From contig CM075993.1 in NCBI GenBank assembly GCA_038087875.1, positions 1,986,001-2,050,000 of the forward strand: a stretch of DNA of 64,000 nt, given 5' to 3'. Position 1 is the first letter of the stretch. Each line of letters starts with the position of its first letter. This document shows positions 38,396 through 50,677 of the stretch, in pieces. The position numbers and the translations under genes are program-made. The notes beneath the pieces are model-generated. The model was not told the DNA's origin. It did no database searches and saw only the letters and a list, made by a program, of their open reading frames with translations. This DNA is from Malacoraja senta (lineage: Eukaryota).

Positions 38396-39046
38396 TCATT
38401 ATAATTAGACAGGGAGAAAGGACAAAGAGCCAATAAGCATGCAGGTTTTACATGGTGTGATAATCTCCAAACCATTTGCGGATTTAATGAAGGAATGTTC
38501 CTTTCTTGACTGAACAGAATCCAGCTGTTACATTGCAAACTGAATGGAGATGACTTGTCACACAATGTACCTTTGGCAGAAAAGTCTTTCTGATCAGAGA
38601 TATTAAGCATGAAACACTAGTGTCCTCTGAGATGACCACTAATGGATCAGGTTGAAGAAAATTAATTCACTCATAAATTTGTATCTATGAACAGTCTGCT
38701 TGAGAAATCGATCCCAAGATCATATGAAATCACTCATTGTCCTTCAAAGAAACATTAACTTGATTTACTTTTAGTTTTAGCTTAGAGATACAGCATGGAA
38801 ACAGGCCCTTCTGCCCACCGAGTCCGTGCTGGCCAACGATCACCGCCAGACATGATGTTATCCCAGTTTCGCATCCTACATTAGGGGCAATTTTACTGAC
38901 GCTAATTAACCTACAAACCCGCACGTCTTTGGGATGTGGGAAAAAAACTGGAGCTTGACACATTCAACGGAATTTAAATAGTCTTTTCAGCAAATACTGT
39001 AGATTCTATACATTTTTTGGAATAAAATTAGACATAAAATCCTGTT

Positions 39047-39728
39047 CTAGCTCCATCTCCAGCTCCATCTCCAGCTCCATCTCCAGCTCCATCTCCAGCT
39101 CCATCTCCAGCTCCATCTCCTCCTCTAGACATAACTCCATCTCCAGCTCCATCTCCAGCTCCATCTCCAGCTCCATCTCCTCCTCTAGACATAACTCCAT
39201 CCCCAGCTCCATCTCCAGCTCCATCTCCAGCTCCATCTCCATCTCCAGCTCCATCTCCAGCTCCATCTCCTCCTCTAGACATAACTCCATCCCCAGCTCC
39301 ATCTCCAGCTCCATCTCCAGCTCCATCTCCTACTCTAGCTCCATCTCCATCTCCAGCTCCATCTCCAGCTCCATCTCCAGCTCCATCTCCATCTCCAGCT
39401 CCATCTCCTACTCTAGCTCCATCTCCATCTCCAGCTCCATCTCCAGCTCCATCTCCATCTCCAGCTCCATCTCCAGCTCCATCTCCTACTCTAGCTCCAT
39501 CTCCATCTCCAGCTCCATCTCCAGCTCCATCTCCAGCTCCATCTCCAGCTCTGTCTCCATCTCCAGCTCCATCTCTAGCTCCATCTCTAGCTCCATCTCC
39601 AGCTCTGTCTCTATCTCCATCTCCAGCTCCATCTCTAGCTCCATCTCCAGCTCTGTCTCTATCTCCATCTCCAGCTCCATCTCCAGCTCCATCTCCTACT
39701 CTAGCTCTAGCTCCATCTCCATCTCCAG
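39047..39728. repeat. 6/12-bp minisatellite (ctccatctccag)n with higher-order variants
   Basis: Recurrent variant blocks tcctctagacataa (x3), tactctag and ctgtct. Confidence 0.95.
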
Positions 39729-39916
39729 TAAAATACCTTTTTACTAATGGAAATGTTGTTAACAAATGTTTTGTTCTTTCAGTTACCCTAACGTTCACTT
39801 TAAATTTCAAACTGTCTAACAGAGTTCCTTGTTTCTTCCAACCAGCTCCAGCTCCAGTAATATTCCTCAACATGAGGCGAGAGGGGAAGATGTCTTCAGA
39901 TGTATGAGGATATCCA

Positions 39917-40430
39917 TATCTGTGGAAGGATGTGCTGGCTCTGGAGAGGGTCCAGAGGTGTTTACAAGAATGATTCCAGGAATGAGTGGGTTAACATACG
40001 ATGAGCGTTTGCCGGCACTGGGCCTGTACTCCCTGGAGTTTAGTAGAATGAGGGGGACCTCATTAAAACTTACCGAGAAGTGAAAGTCTTGGATAGAGTG
40101 GATGTGGAGAGGATGTTTCCACTAGTGGGAGAGTCTAGAACCAGAGGTCACAGCCTCAGAATTAAAGGACGTTCCTTTAGAAAGGAGGTGAGGAGGAATT
40201 TCTTTAGTCAGAGGGTGGTGAATCTGTGGAATTCATTGCCACAGACGGCTGTGGAGGCCAATGGATATTTTTTAAGGCAGAGATTGATAGATTCTTGATT
40301 AGTACGGGCGTCAGAGGTTATGGGGAGAAGGCAGGAGAATGGGGTTAGGAGGGAACGATAGATCAGCCATGATTGAATGGCAGAGTAGACGATGGGCCAA
40401 ATGGCCTAATTCTGCTCCTATCACCGATGA
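39917..40430 (+). mobile_element. CR1 LINE 3' end
   Basis: FTRMIPGMSGLTYDERL..LGLYSLEF / RTRGHSLRIKG...NLWNSLP. Confidence 0.88.
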
Positions 40431-40641
40431 ACTTACGATACTAAATTAAATCCGATTATATCTTTCTCTGTTTGTCTTTTTATGCGTGTAGCCTAGAGGG
40501 TGCAGGGATCTCAAAAGTTGCTGGCATTTTTAAAAGGAGACCAACTTTCCCACCAAGCTGACTGCTGAGCACCACTCTGGGATAATCTCGAAGCCGTAAC
40601 AATGGGCATGGGTGAAGTAAAATGGCGCATCGTTATACACA

Positions 40642-40904
40642 AGGTAGACAAAAGTACTGGAGAAACTCAGCAGGTGAGGCAGCATCTATGGAGCGAAGGA
40701 AATAGGCGACGTTTCGGGTCGAGACCCTTCCGGGTCTCGACCCGAAACGTCACCTATTCCTTCACTCCATAGATGCTTCCTGGTCTCGTCCCGAAACCGA
40801 AGGGTTTTGTCGCCTATTAGACAAAAGTACTGGACAAACTCAACGGGTGAGGCAGCATCTATGGAGCGAAGGAATGGGTGACGTTTCGGGTCGAGACCCC
40901 TTTT
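40642..40904. mobile_element. Penelope fold-back composite
   Basis: gagacccttccgggtctcg junction; TSD catcgtt(a/g)tacaca at 40628-40641 / 40905-40918. Confidence 0.8.
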
Positions 40905-41639
40905 CATCGTTGTACACACACCTTTTTTATGACCAGGCTATTAATCAAATCTGTCGAGGTAACTTCTGCTTTCTGACTGTGTTGTGTTAATGACTGATTC
41001 ATAAGGCTGAGCGGAGGAGGAAGGACTACAAGGTCAACTTTCCAATCTTCTGAGCTCAATGCTGTCTGAATCTCTCCAGAGCCACGAAGAGTCGAGCTTC
41101 TGATTAATGTAGAAACAAGGAACTTCAGAAGCTGGTCTATATCAGAGATAGACACAAAGTGCTGGAGTAACTCAGCGGGTCAGGCATCATCTCTGGAGCA
41201 AAATGAAGGGGTGACGCTTCAGGTCGGGACCTTCCTTCAGACTCTGAGGAGAAGTTGTTTGGTTTTAGCTTAGTTTAGAGATACAGCGCGGGAACAGGCC
41301 CGTCGGCATGACTTTAAGGTGAGAGCGGCAAATATTAAAGGGGGATGTGTGGGAGGATTTTTTTTGCTCAGAGGGTGGTGAGTACAGAGAATGTTACACC
41401 AGGGTTGACGCGGACAGGTTGGTGGCATTTATGTTTACATATGCTGTTGTGCAAGTAAGAATTTCATCGCTCTATCTGGGACATATGACAATAAAACACT
41501 TGAGAAAAAACTGCAGATGCTGGTAAAGTCGAAGGTAGACACAAAATGCTGGAGTAACTCAGCGGGCGAGGCAGCATCTCTGGAGAGAAGGAATGGGCCA
41601 CGTTTCGGGTCTCGACCCGCTGAGTTACTCCAGCAGTTT

Positions 41640-42062
41640 CAAGTTTCAAGATTCAAGAGAGTTTATTGTCATGTGTCCCAGATAGGACAATGAAATTCTT
41701 GCTTTGCTTCAGCACAACAGAACATAGACGGCATGAATACAGAACAGATCAGCGTGTCCATATACCATTATATAAATATATACACACATGGATAAATAAA
41801 CTGATAAAGTGCAAATAACAGATAATAGGCTATTAAAGTTCAGAGTTTTGTTTGAGTTGAGTTTAATAGCCTGATGGCTGTGGGGAAGTAGCTATTCCTG
41901 AACCTGGTCGTTGCAGTCTTCAGGCTCCTGTACCTTCTACCTGAAGGTAGCAGGGAGATGAGTGTGTGGCCAGGATGGTGTGGGTCCTTGATGATGCTGC
42001 CGGCCTTTTTGAGGCAGCGACTGCGATAGATCCCCTCGATGGAAGGGAGGTCAGAGCCGATG
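41640..42062 (-). mobile_element. Rex1/Babar LINE 3' end
   Basis: Closely similar to the reverse complement of 10499-10908. Confidence 0.85.
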
Positions 42063-42325
42063 TGTCTACCTTTGACAATAAAACCACTCTTGACTCTCTC
42101 TTGGCTTTTGAATAGTATGTAGTTATGCAGGTAATGGAGGGGTATGTGTTACGTGCATGGAGATAACTGATGGTCTTGGCACCATGTTCGGCACAGACCT
42201 TGTGGGCCATAGGGCTGTTATTGTTCTACGTTCTATGTGACCACCAGTTTCAAGAATACACTGTCGCTTCCATCAGGAAGCGAGCACAACCATCAGGCTC
42301 TTGAACAGGGCACTATAGTTTTTTA

Positions 42326-42638
42326 AAGGTACACAAAAATGCTGGAGAAACTCAGCGGGTGCAGCAGCATCTATGGAGCGAAGGAAATAGGCAACGTTTC
42401 CTTCGCTCCATGCAAAGTGTTGAACAATCTCCACTGTAGGAAATAGGCAACGTTTCGGGCCGAAACCCTTCCGGGTTTCGTCCAGAAACGTTGCCTATTT
42501 CCTTCGCTCCATAGAAGAAGGGTTTCGGGCCGAAACGTTGCCTATTTCCTTCGCTCCATAGATGCTGCTGCACCCGCTGAGTTTCTCCAGCATTTTTGTG
42601 TACCTTCAATTTTCCAGCATCTGCAGTTCCTTCTTTAA
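42326..42638. mobile_element. Penelope-derived composite with a captured 27-bp segment
   Basis: Perfect 15-bp TSD cactatagtttttta at 42311-42325 / 42639-42653; sister copy at 55382-55775. Confidence 0.85.
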
Positions 42639-43530
42639 CACTATAGTTTTTTAGTTTAGTTGAGTTTAGAGATACAGCGCGGAAACAGGCCCCCTCCGCC
42701 CACCGTAGACGCTACATGCTGGAGTAACTCAGCTTGCTGCTTCACCCGCTGAGTTACTCCAGCATTTTATGTCCACCTTCGATTTAAACCAGCATCTGCA
42801 GTTCTTTCCTACGCTCCTTCGGCCCACCGAGTCCACACCGACCAGCGATCCCCGCACATTAACACTACCCTACGCGCACTAGGGACAAATTACATTTATA
42901 CCAAGCCAATTAACCTACAAACCTGCACGTCTTTGGAGTGCGGGAGGAGACCGAACATCTCAGGGAAAACCCGCGGGGAGAACATGCAAACTCCGTACAG
43001 ACAGCAACTGTGGTCGGGGTCGAAGCCGGGTCCCTGGCGCTGTGCCAACTACTCACTAAAACTATAAACTATGGACTGCGGACAGATCCGTTCTCATAGC
43101 CATCTTCCGAGGCCGTCTTTGCGGGCTGGTATCTCGGCCCCTCGGTGGCCCAGGCGGAAGGTTCCAGTACTGTTGGACTCCTGTCGGTCCGGCAAAACGG
43201 ATAATCCGGCAAGCCCCTGGAACCAAGGGGGCCGGAAAATGGGTGGTGGACCTAATACAATAGGAAGGGGATACAAGTAAAGCATTTAAGAAAAGAAGGC
43301 TATTTTGATCCACTTTCTAAACATTGGCATGAATCCTGCATTGTATTCATTTTGTTCTCTTGCATTTTCATACAGTTTGAATGGATTTTCTAATTTTAAT
43401 CCTCACAGTTTGAATGCTTTGTCAGCATTGAATGAGATCCCTTCCTTCCGCTGACGAAAGATATACTTTACACAGCTCCGTGGCTTGTCTTCAGTGTGGC
43501 AGCTTTTGTTTTCCCGTTAATCAAAAATAT

Positions 43531-43852
43531 TTATTCAGATATTAAAATAGTATATACACTGCAGTAAAATGCAAAACAGACCCCACCACCATAATACACG
43601 ATAAACGATGATACAAGTATCTTACACTCCTTGTCAAGGATGCATTCAACTCCCCGCGGTTCCCAGCGGTTCCGGAAATCCACCAGGGCGCCCGTGGACA
43701 GCGCGTAGTCCCTCTCTAACCCCACCCGGGCACGGACGTAACCCCGGAAAAGGGGCAGGCAGCCGGCTCGTGGATGGGCAGCTTGGCCAGGCCCAGGAGC
43801 AACCCAACCAGGACATCCTCGGCCCTGCCCTCACCCCTACACACAGGGTTCC
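43531..43852 (-). mobile_element. Tx1-type (L1 clade) LINE ORF2 C-terminus
   Basis: EDVLVGLLLGLAKL...LERDYALSTGALVDFRNRWEPRGVECILD. Confidence 0.7.
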
Positions 43853-44432
43853 TTGTGGAACTTGGTGGGGATGTCTTTAATGGGAGACAGACACAAAATG
43901 CTGGAGTAACTCAGCGGGACAGGCAGCATCTCTGGAGAGAAGGAATGGGTGACGTTTCGGGTCGAGACCCTCCTTCAGACTGGTTGGGGAAAAGGGAAAC
44001 GAGAGATATAGACGATGATGTGGAGAGATAAAGAACAATGAATGAAAGATATGCAAAAAAGTAATGATGATAAAGGAAATAGGCCATTGTCAGCTGTTTG
44101 TTGGTGAAAACGAGAAGCTGGTGCGACTACTTACGATGTGCCCATTACTTTTATTCCAAGTTCACGGCTATTAGAGATGGCTAATAAATATTGGCGTTGC
44201 AAGTGATGTCCAAACTAATCCAACAATTACAAAATGCAGACTTTAAATAAATGTACCGCAAGTGGAGCCTCAAGTCTTGCAAAGGATGAGATGAGAAAAG
44301 ATTTGGCATGCTTTTATTTGACAAATACGCTTTTTTTCTTTCCCCTGGTAGGTTTATTTTAAGCTGCATAAACCAATATTAACCTACATTTAATCTAATA
44401 TTGTGGATAACTGAAATTGTGTTTGTTTTTCA

Positions 44433-44720
44433 AGGCGGCACGGTGGCGCAGCGGTAGAGTTGCTGCCTCACAGCGCCAGAGACCCCGGTTCGATCCTGAC
44501 TGCAGGTGCTGTCTGTACGGAGTTTGTACGTTCTCCCCGTGACCGCGTGGGTTTACTCCGGGTGCTCCGGTTTCCTCCCACACTCCAAAGACGTGCGGGT
44601 TTGCAGGTTAATTGGCTTCTGTTGATTGCCTCTCCTGTGTAGGATGCAGAAGTGGGATATCATAGAACTAGTGGGCCGAAGGGACTGTTTCCACCCTGCA
44701 TCTGTAAACTCTAAACTAAC
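44433..44720 (+). mobile_element. V-SINE
   Basis: A/B boxes, V-domain, tail. Confidence 0.85.
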
Positions 44721-45067
44721 ATAGAATGGCAGAGCCAAAGATGATTGAATAATTGCTGACTATTACTGGGCGATATATCTGGTGAAATGTCACTAAATAA
44801 TAATTCAATTTAAAGATCAAAGCTACATCTCATCGATTAAGCACGTTATTTGAGTTATGCTAATTTATTCAAGGTCTTTTCTCTCTAAACCTTGTTCATT
44901 CAATGCAATACATTGATGTTCAAATGTCAATCTGGAATATCATTCTCAGCACACGTCGGGATGTTATTAATTGGTTCAAATGGGAAGAATCAAAGGCGTG
45001 TGAGTGGCTGTTTCAGTAGCTCCTTCATAGCCCAACTATTAGCGCCATCTGGCTCCTCATTCATTTA

Positions 45068-45168
45068 AGGAGAGAGAGAGAGGGAGAGAGAGAGGGAGGG
45101 GGAGAGGGGGAGAGAGAGGGGGGGAGAGAGAGGGGGAGAGGGGAGAGGAGGAGAGAGGGGGGGAGAGG

Positions 45169-45202
<34 letters not shown>

Positions 45203-45421
45203 GGGGGAGAGAGGAAGGGGAGAGAGAGAGATAGATAAATAGATAGAGGAGAGAGAGAGAGAGAGAGAGGGAGGGGGAGAGGAGGGGGAGAGGGGGGAGA
45301 GAGGGAAGGGAGAGAGAGAGATAGATAAATAGATAGAGAGAGAGAGAGAGAGAGAGAGGGAGGGGGAGAGGGAGGGGGAGAGGGGGAGAGAGGGAAGGGA
45401 TAGAGAGAGAGTTAGATAAAT

Positions 45422-45453
<32 letters not shown>

Positions 45454-45536
45454 GGGGAGGGAGAGAGAGAGGGAGGGAGAGAGAGAGAGAGGGAGAGAGA
45501 GAGGGGGAGAGAGGGAAGGGAGAGAGAGATAGATAA

Positions 45537-45598
<62 letters not shown>

Positions 45599-45700
45599 AG
45601 AGAGAGGGGGAGAGAGGGAAGGGAGAGAGAGAGAGAGATAAATAGATAGATATAGAGAGAGAGAGGGAGAGGGAGGGGGGCGAGGGGAGAGAGAGTGGGA
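45068..45700. repeat. Purine-rich (GA/GGGA/GATA) low-complexity tract
   Basis: Direct inspection; runs into the assembly gap. Confidence 0.95.
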
Positions 45701-45705
45701 GATTG

Positions 45706-45905
45706 NNNNNNNNNNNNNNNNNNNNNNNNNNNNNNNNNNNNNNNNNNNNNNNNNNNNNNNNNNNNNNNNNNNNNNNNNNNNNNNNNNNNNNNNNNNNNNN
45801 NNNNNNNNNNNNNNNNNNNNNNNNNNNNNNNNNNNNNNNNNNNNNNNNNNNNNNNNNNNNNNNNNNNNNNNNNNNNNNNNNNNNNNNNNNNNNNNNNNNN
45901 NNNNN
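45706..45905. other. Assembly gap (200 N)
   Basis: Run of n. Confidence 0.99.
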
Positions 45906-46580
45906 TAAGTGCTCCAAAGACAGATGTCCGCGCTGCCTGTAATGCCAGCTTGCTTGTGATGAAGATTTGCTAAATTGAAAGGCCCTGTCAAAACTGATTG
46001 GTTTTCCCTAATGTTAATATCAATGGACATCGAGACATTATGAGAATATGGACAATCACTGGATATTTGTATCTGCTTATCGTTGCTGCAACAAGTTAGC
46101 CCTAAACCATTGGTGTTCCAGTCAGACATCCTCTCCACATCCACTCTCTCTTGGCCTTCCATTATTCAGTAGGTTTTCAATGTGGTCCCTAGAGATTTTG
46201 TACAGTGATCATGGTTTGGAAGAGACCAAACTAGTGGATATATTTCAGGCAGAGACAGATAGATTCTTGATTAGTACGGGCGTCAGAGACTAAAGGGAGA
46301 AGGCAGGAGAAGGGGGTTAGGATGGAGAGATAGATCCGCCATGATTGAATGGTGGAGTAGACTTGAAGGGCCAAACGGCCTAATTCTACTCCTATCCCTC
46401 ATGTCCTTTTGACCCATCCAGCTTGCTTGTTTAGAGCAGAGACGCGGAACCCATGTATGTACGTGGAATCATTCCACCCCAGGCCACAAGACTGTAAGGG
46501 TTGGGATAAGGGACAGGGACCTTGCCTCTCAGCTTTTCTTTTCAAGGCTGAGATTGGTAGGAGGTAGAAGATATGGTAAA

Positions 46581-47263
46581 GGAGGTAAAGCGACAAGTGT
46601 AGCATCTCTTGCGGTCCAACCTTATCTGCACTTTCCCTTGCAACCGCAAGAGATGCTACACTTGTCGCTTCACCTCCCCCCTCGACTCCATTCAAGGACC
46701 CAAGCAGTCGTTTCAGGTGCGACAGAGGTTCACCAGCACCTCCTCCAACCTCATCTATTGCATCTGGTGCTCTAGATTCTTAGCTGATCTACATCGGTGA
46801 GACCAAGCGCAGGCTTGGCGATCGTTTCGCCGAACACCTCCGCTCGGTCCGCATTAATCAACCTGATCTTCCGGTGGCTCAGCACTTCAAATCCCCCTCC
46901 CATTCCGAATCCGACCTTTCTGTCCTGGGCCTCCTCCATGGCCAGAGTGAGGACCACTGGAAATTGGAGGAGCAGCACCTCATATTCCGCTTGGGCAGTT
47001 TGCACCCCAGCGGCTTAAACATTGACTTCTCCAATTTCCGGTAGCCCTTTCTGTCTCCTCCCCTTCTCAGCTCTCCCTCAGCCCTCAAGCTCCTCCTCTT
47101 CCTTTTTCTTTTCTTCTCCCCACCCTACATCAGTCTGAAGAAGGGTTTCGGCCCGAAACGTTGCCTATTTCCTTCGCTCCATAGATGCTGCTGAACCCGC
47201 TGAGTTTCTCCAGCATTTCTGTCTACCTTCGATTTTCCAGCATCTGCAGTTCCTTCTTAAACA
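46581..47263 (+). mobile_element. Penelope-like element with inverted 5' segment, frameshifted GIY-YIG ORF and hammerhead (47135-47162)
   Basis: CNRKRCYTC...NLIYCI...YIGET; 46581-46615 is the reverse complement of 46643-46677 (1 mismatch). Confidence 0.9.
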
Positions 47264-48790
47264 TTTAGTTCAGAGATACAGCGCGGAAACAGGCCCTTCG
47301 GCCCACCGGGTCCGCGCTGACCAGCGATCCCCGCACACTCACACTATCCTACACACACCAGGGACAATTTACATTTTATACCAAGCCGATCAGCCTACAA
47401 ACCTGTACGTCTTTGGAGTTTGGGAGGAAACCGAAGATCTCGGATAAAAACCCACGCGGTCACGGGGAGACCGTGCAAACTCCGTACAGAAAGCACCCGT
47501 AGTCGGAATCGAACACGGGACTCTGGCGCTTCAAGGCAGCAACTGGACGGCTGTGCGGATTGATCAGATCAGGAATTTTTTATCACCTCCAGAGCTTTGT
47601 GGTTTTCACCCTCCCCTAAGGCGTCGTACAGACAACTAAAAGAGTCTTAAAAGTGCTGTCACTGTTGCAAAGTAGGAACAGTGACAGGCAATTTGTAAGC
47701 AGCGAGCTCCTGGAAAGAAGTGATAAGGAATATAATGACTGGGTAGTTTGTTTTAGTTTAGTTTAGAGATACAGCATGGAAACTGGCCCTTCTGCCCACT
47801 GAGTCCATGCCGACCATCGATCACCCCTACACACTGCATCTATGTTATCCCACTTTCTCATCCACTCCCTACACACTAGGGGCAGTTTTACAGAGGGTCA
47901 ATTAACCCACCAACCCGCACGTCGTTGGGATGCGGTAGGAAACCGGAGCACCCGGAGGAAACCCACGTGGTCACAGGGAGAACGTCAAAACCATCCAAAG
48001 AGGGCACTCGTGGTCAGAATTGAACCTGGGTCCCACCGGTGTCACAGCGGTAGAGTTTGCTGCCTTACAGCGCCAGAGACCCAGGTTCCATCCTGACTAC
48101 GGGTGCTGTCTGCGCGGAGTTTGCACGCTCTCCCCGTGACCTGGTGGGTTTTCTCCAGGACCTCCGGTTTCCTCCCACACTCCAAAGACGTACAGGCTCG
48201 TAGGTTCATTGGCTCGGTAGAATCGTAAATTGTCCCGCGTGTGTGTAGGAGAGTGTTCGTGTGCGGGATCGCTGGTCGGCGTGGACCCGGTGGGGCGAAG
48301 TGCCCGTTTCCCGCGCTGTATCTCTAAACTGAACCATACGGTGGTGCTGTGAGGCAGCAGCTCTACCTGCTGCACCACTGTGCCGTCCTGAGTGCTGCTG
48401 AGATAAACCAATGTTTGCACGCACGCACGCACGCACGCAGACAAGCATTTGCACACTAACTCTTGCATTAGTTTAAAGAACCATCGAAACGTCACCTATT
48501 CCTTCTCTCCATAGATGCTGCCTCACCCGCTGAGTTTCTCCAGCATTATTCGTCTACATGCATTAGTTCAGTTTAGTTTAGTTTAGAGATGCAGCGCGGA
48601 AACAGGCCTGTTTTTTGGATTCTTTGGAGTGCGGGAGGAAACCGAAGATCTCGGAGAAAACCCACGCGGGTCACGGGGAGAACGGACAAACTCCGTACAG
48701 GCAGCACCCGTAGTCGGGATGGAACCCGGGTCTCTGGCGCTGTAAGCGCTTCAAGGCAGCAACTCTACCGCTGCGCCACCATGCCGCCCC
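47264..48790. mobile_element. Cluster of four V-SINEs in mixed orientation
   Basis: Copies at ~47264-47555 (-), 47745-48040 (-), 48040-48335 (+) and 48570-48790 (-). Confidence 0.8.
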
Positions 48791-48914
48791 AGACTTTATT
48801 GAGCCCTCAATTCCTACTTGTAGAATTAACTCATGATGAGACTATTTTTAATATTTTATCACCATATTTAATACACACCAGACATCCAAAAAGTAGGACT
48901 ACATCAAAGCTACT

Positions 48915-49538
48915 ACAGATAGTCCTGAACTAAATGTGTTTCAAAAGAAATTAATAGACTACGGGTTAATAACGGGAAAAAAGTTAATCCTAAAATTCTG
49001 GAAAACGCTCCAATACCAACTATAAACATGTGGATTTCAAATATGTTTGAAACATTACACCTAGAAGAGATAAGACTCCTCCTGGCAGGTAAACCAGATC
49101 ACTTCCACCTGACGTGATCTGCATTTATAGAATTATTACAAGTATAGGGTGCAAAAGTACTTTAAATAAACCTGAGGTCAGGTAAAGGGGGATGAAAGCT
49201 GAAGAGTTGGTATATCCCATTTGCATGATGCTTATAACAAAGTATTTGTTTTTCTCTTTTTTCCTCTTTCTCTTTTCTTTCTTCTTTAGGGTCTATCTCT
49301 TAATCCTTTCTTTTTAATTTCTTTTCTACAGGGTCTCTGTTCTTTCTTGTTGTCACGTTTTTACACCTTCACTATTTTCCTTCACTTTCTCTTTTTTCTT
49401 AATCTCAACCTTTCCTTTTTATCAGTGTAAAAAAGGACGGAGTACATTAAATTGTAATAAGATATACGCGATGAGTAAATGTAATTGGTTGTAATGTAAT
49501 GTACTTCTAATAAATAAAAATTTAAAAAAAATTAAAAG
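48915..49538 (+). mobile_element. Fish-type L1 LINE 3' end
   Basis: YGLITGKKLILKFWK..PIPTINMWISNMFETLHLEEIR, T/C-rich UTR, aataaa and A-rich tail. Confidence 0.7.
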
Positions 49539-50426
49539 ATTAATGTGGAACATTGAGGCTCTTATCATATTTTAAAAATAGATTGGATGGGTATATGGAC
49601 GGGAAAGGAATGGAGGGTTATGGTCTGAGTGCAGGTAGATGGGACTAGGGGGAAGTATTTTATTTTTAATTAAAAAAAAATAAAAATAAAAAAAAATAAA
49701 AAAATTTATGTTCGGCACGGACTTGAAGGGCCGAGATGGCCTGTTTCCGTGCTGTTATGGTTATATGGTTATATTACCATCTTTTATTTTTCTCCCAAAA
49801 CTTTATTATCCTGACAACCTTCGTCCTATTTTCAATTAAAATGGTTGTATTGCTCAGCAAATATTTTCAAAGATCATGTTACATCTCTTAGAGTGATATA
49901 GCGTGGAAAAAGGCCCTTCGGCCCAACTTGCCCGTGCTGCGCCCACCAAGATGCCCCATCTCTGCTGTATCGTTCAATCATTCACTGCATATCAAACGCA
50001 AATGTTACCGACTAATCCAGTCATCAGAAACAGTCCACACTAGAGGCGTGAAGTCTGGCTATGAATGTCACACTGCTGAATTCGCAGCAAGAGACAGATA
50101 ATTATCTCCAAGTTAATGCAATATGAAATGAGCAACATTTCAGTCATTTGTCAGTGCTGGAAGGGCCTGTCACAATTCCAAGTCAAACAGATTTGGATCA
50201 GAGACGGAGAAGGAAATATAAGCACATTTCCCATGTTTATGACTGAGCAAAAGATATTGAGAGCAAAGACCTCTTTTTGGAAAATCATCTATTAGATGGC
50301 ATCACCCATTAGTAGTTCAGGAACAGATTCTTCCCCACAGCCATCAGGCCATTAAACACAACGAAGAAGCTATGAGCTCTAACTGCAAAAGGCTATATTA
50401 TTATTTGTAATTTGTGCTATATTTGT

Positions 50427-50677
50427 TAAGCACGTAGAATGTACGTAGCGGGGACGTCGGAGCTCGGGGACGTCTCTTAGCGGCTCGTAACGCTAACAGC
50501 AGGTACTTGGGAAACGCGGTAAGCTCGTGAAGACTCGTGAAGATTTTTCAACATGTTGAAAAATGTCCACGAGAGCCCCGAGTAACCCACGAGCGGCCAT
50601 TACCGTAATTCTCCGAGTTCGAATCAGGGGAAACTCGGGAGAACTCTTGAATTACTCGTACAGTGGGACAGCCCCTT
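50427..50677. mobile_element. Partial Harbinger-like MITE (~330-bp family)
   Basis: Internal sequence shared with 16668-16999; right TIR agtgggacagcccct. Confidence 0.75.

Noticed and set aside
39028..39873. 281-aa GDGA-repeat ORF and MELE-repeat ORFs
   Set aside because: Stop-free frames are expected from a 6/12-bp tandem repeat; no splice or domain evidence.
43063..43260. GC-rich segment with ataatccggc...gccgga, possibly a Tc1/mariner-type MITE fragment
   Set aside because: Could not define both TIRs or a TSD.
45057..46162. Long Leu/Ser/Pro ORFs
   Set aside because: Low-complexity tract read through the N gap.
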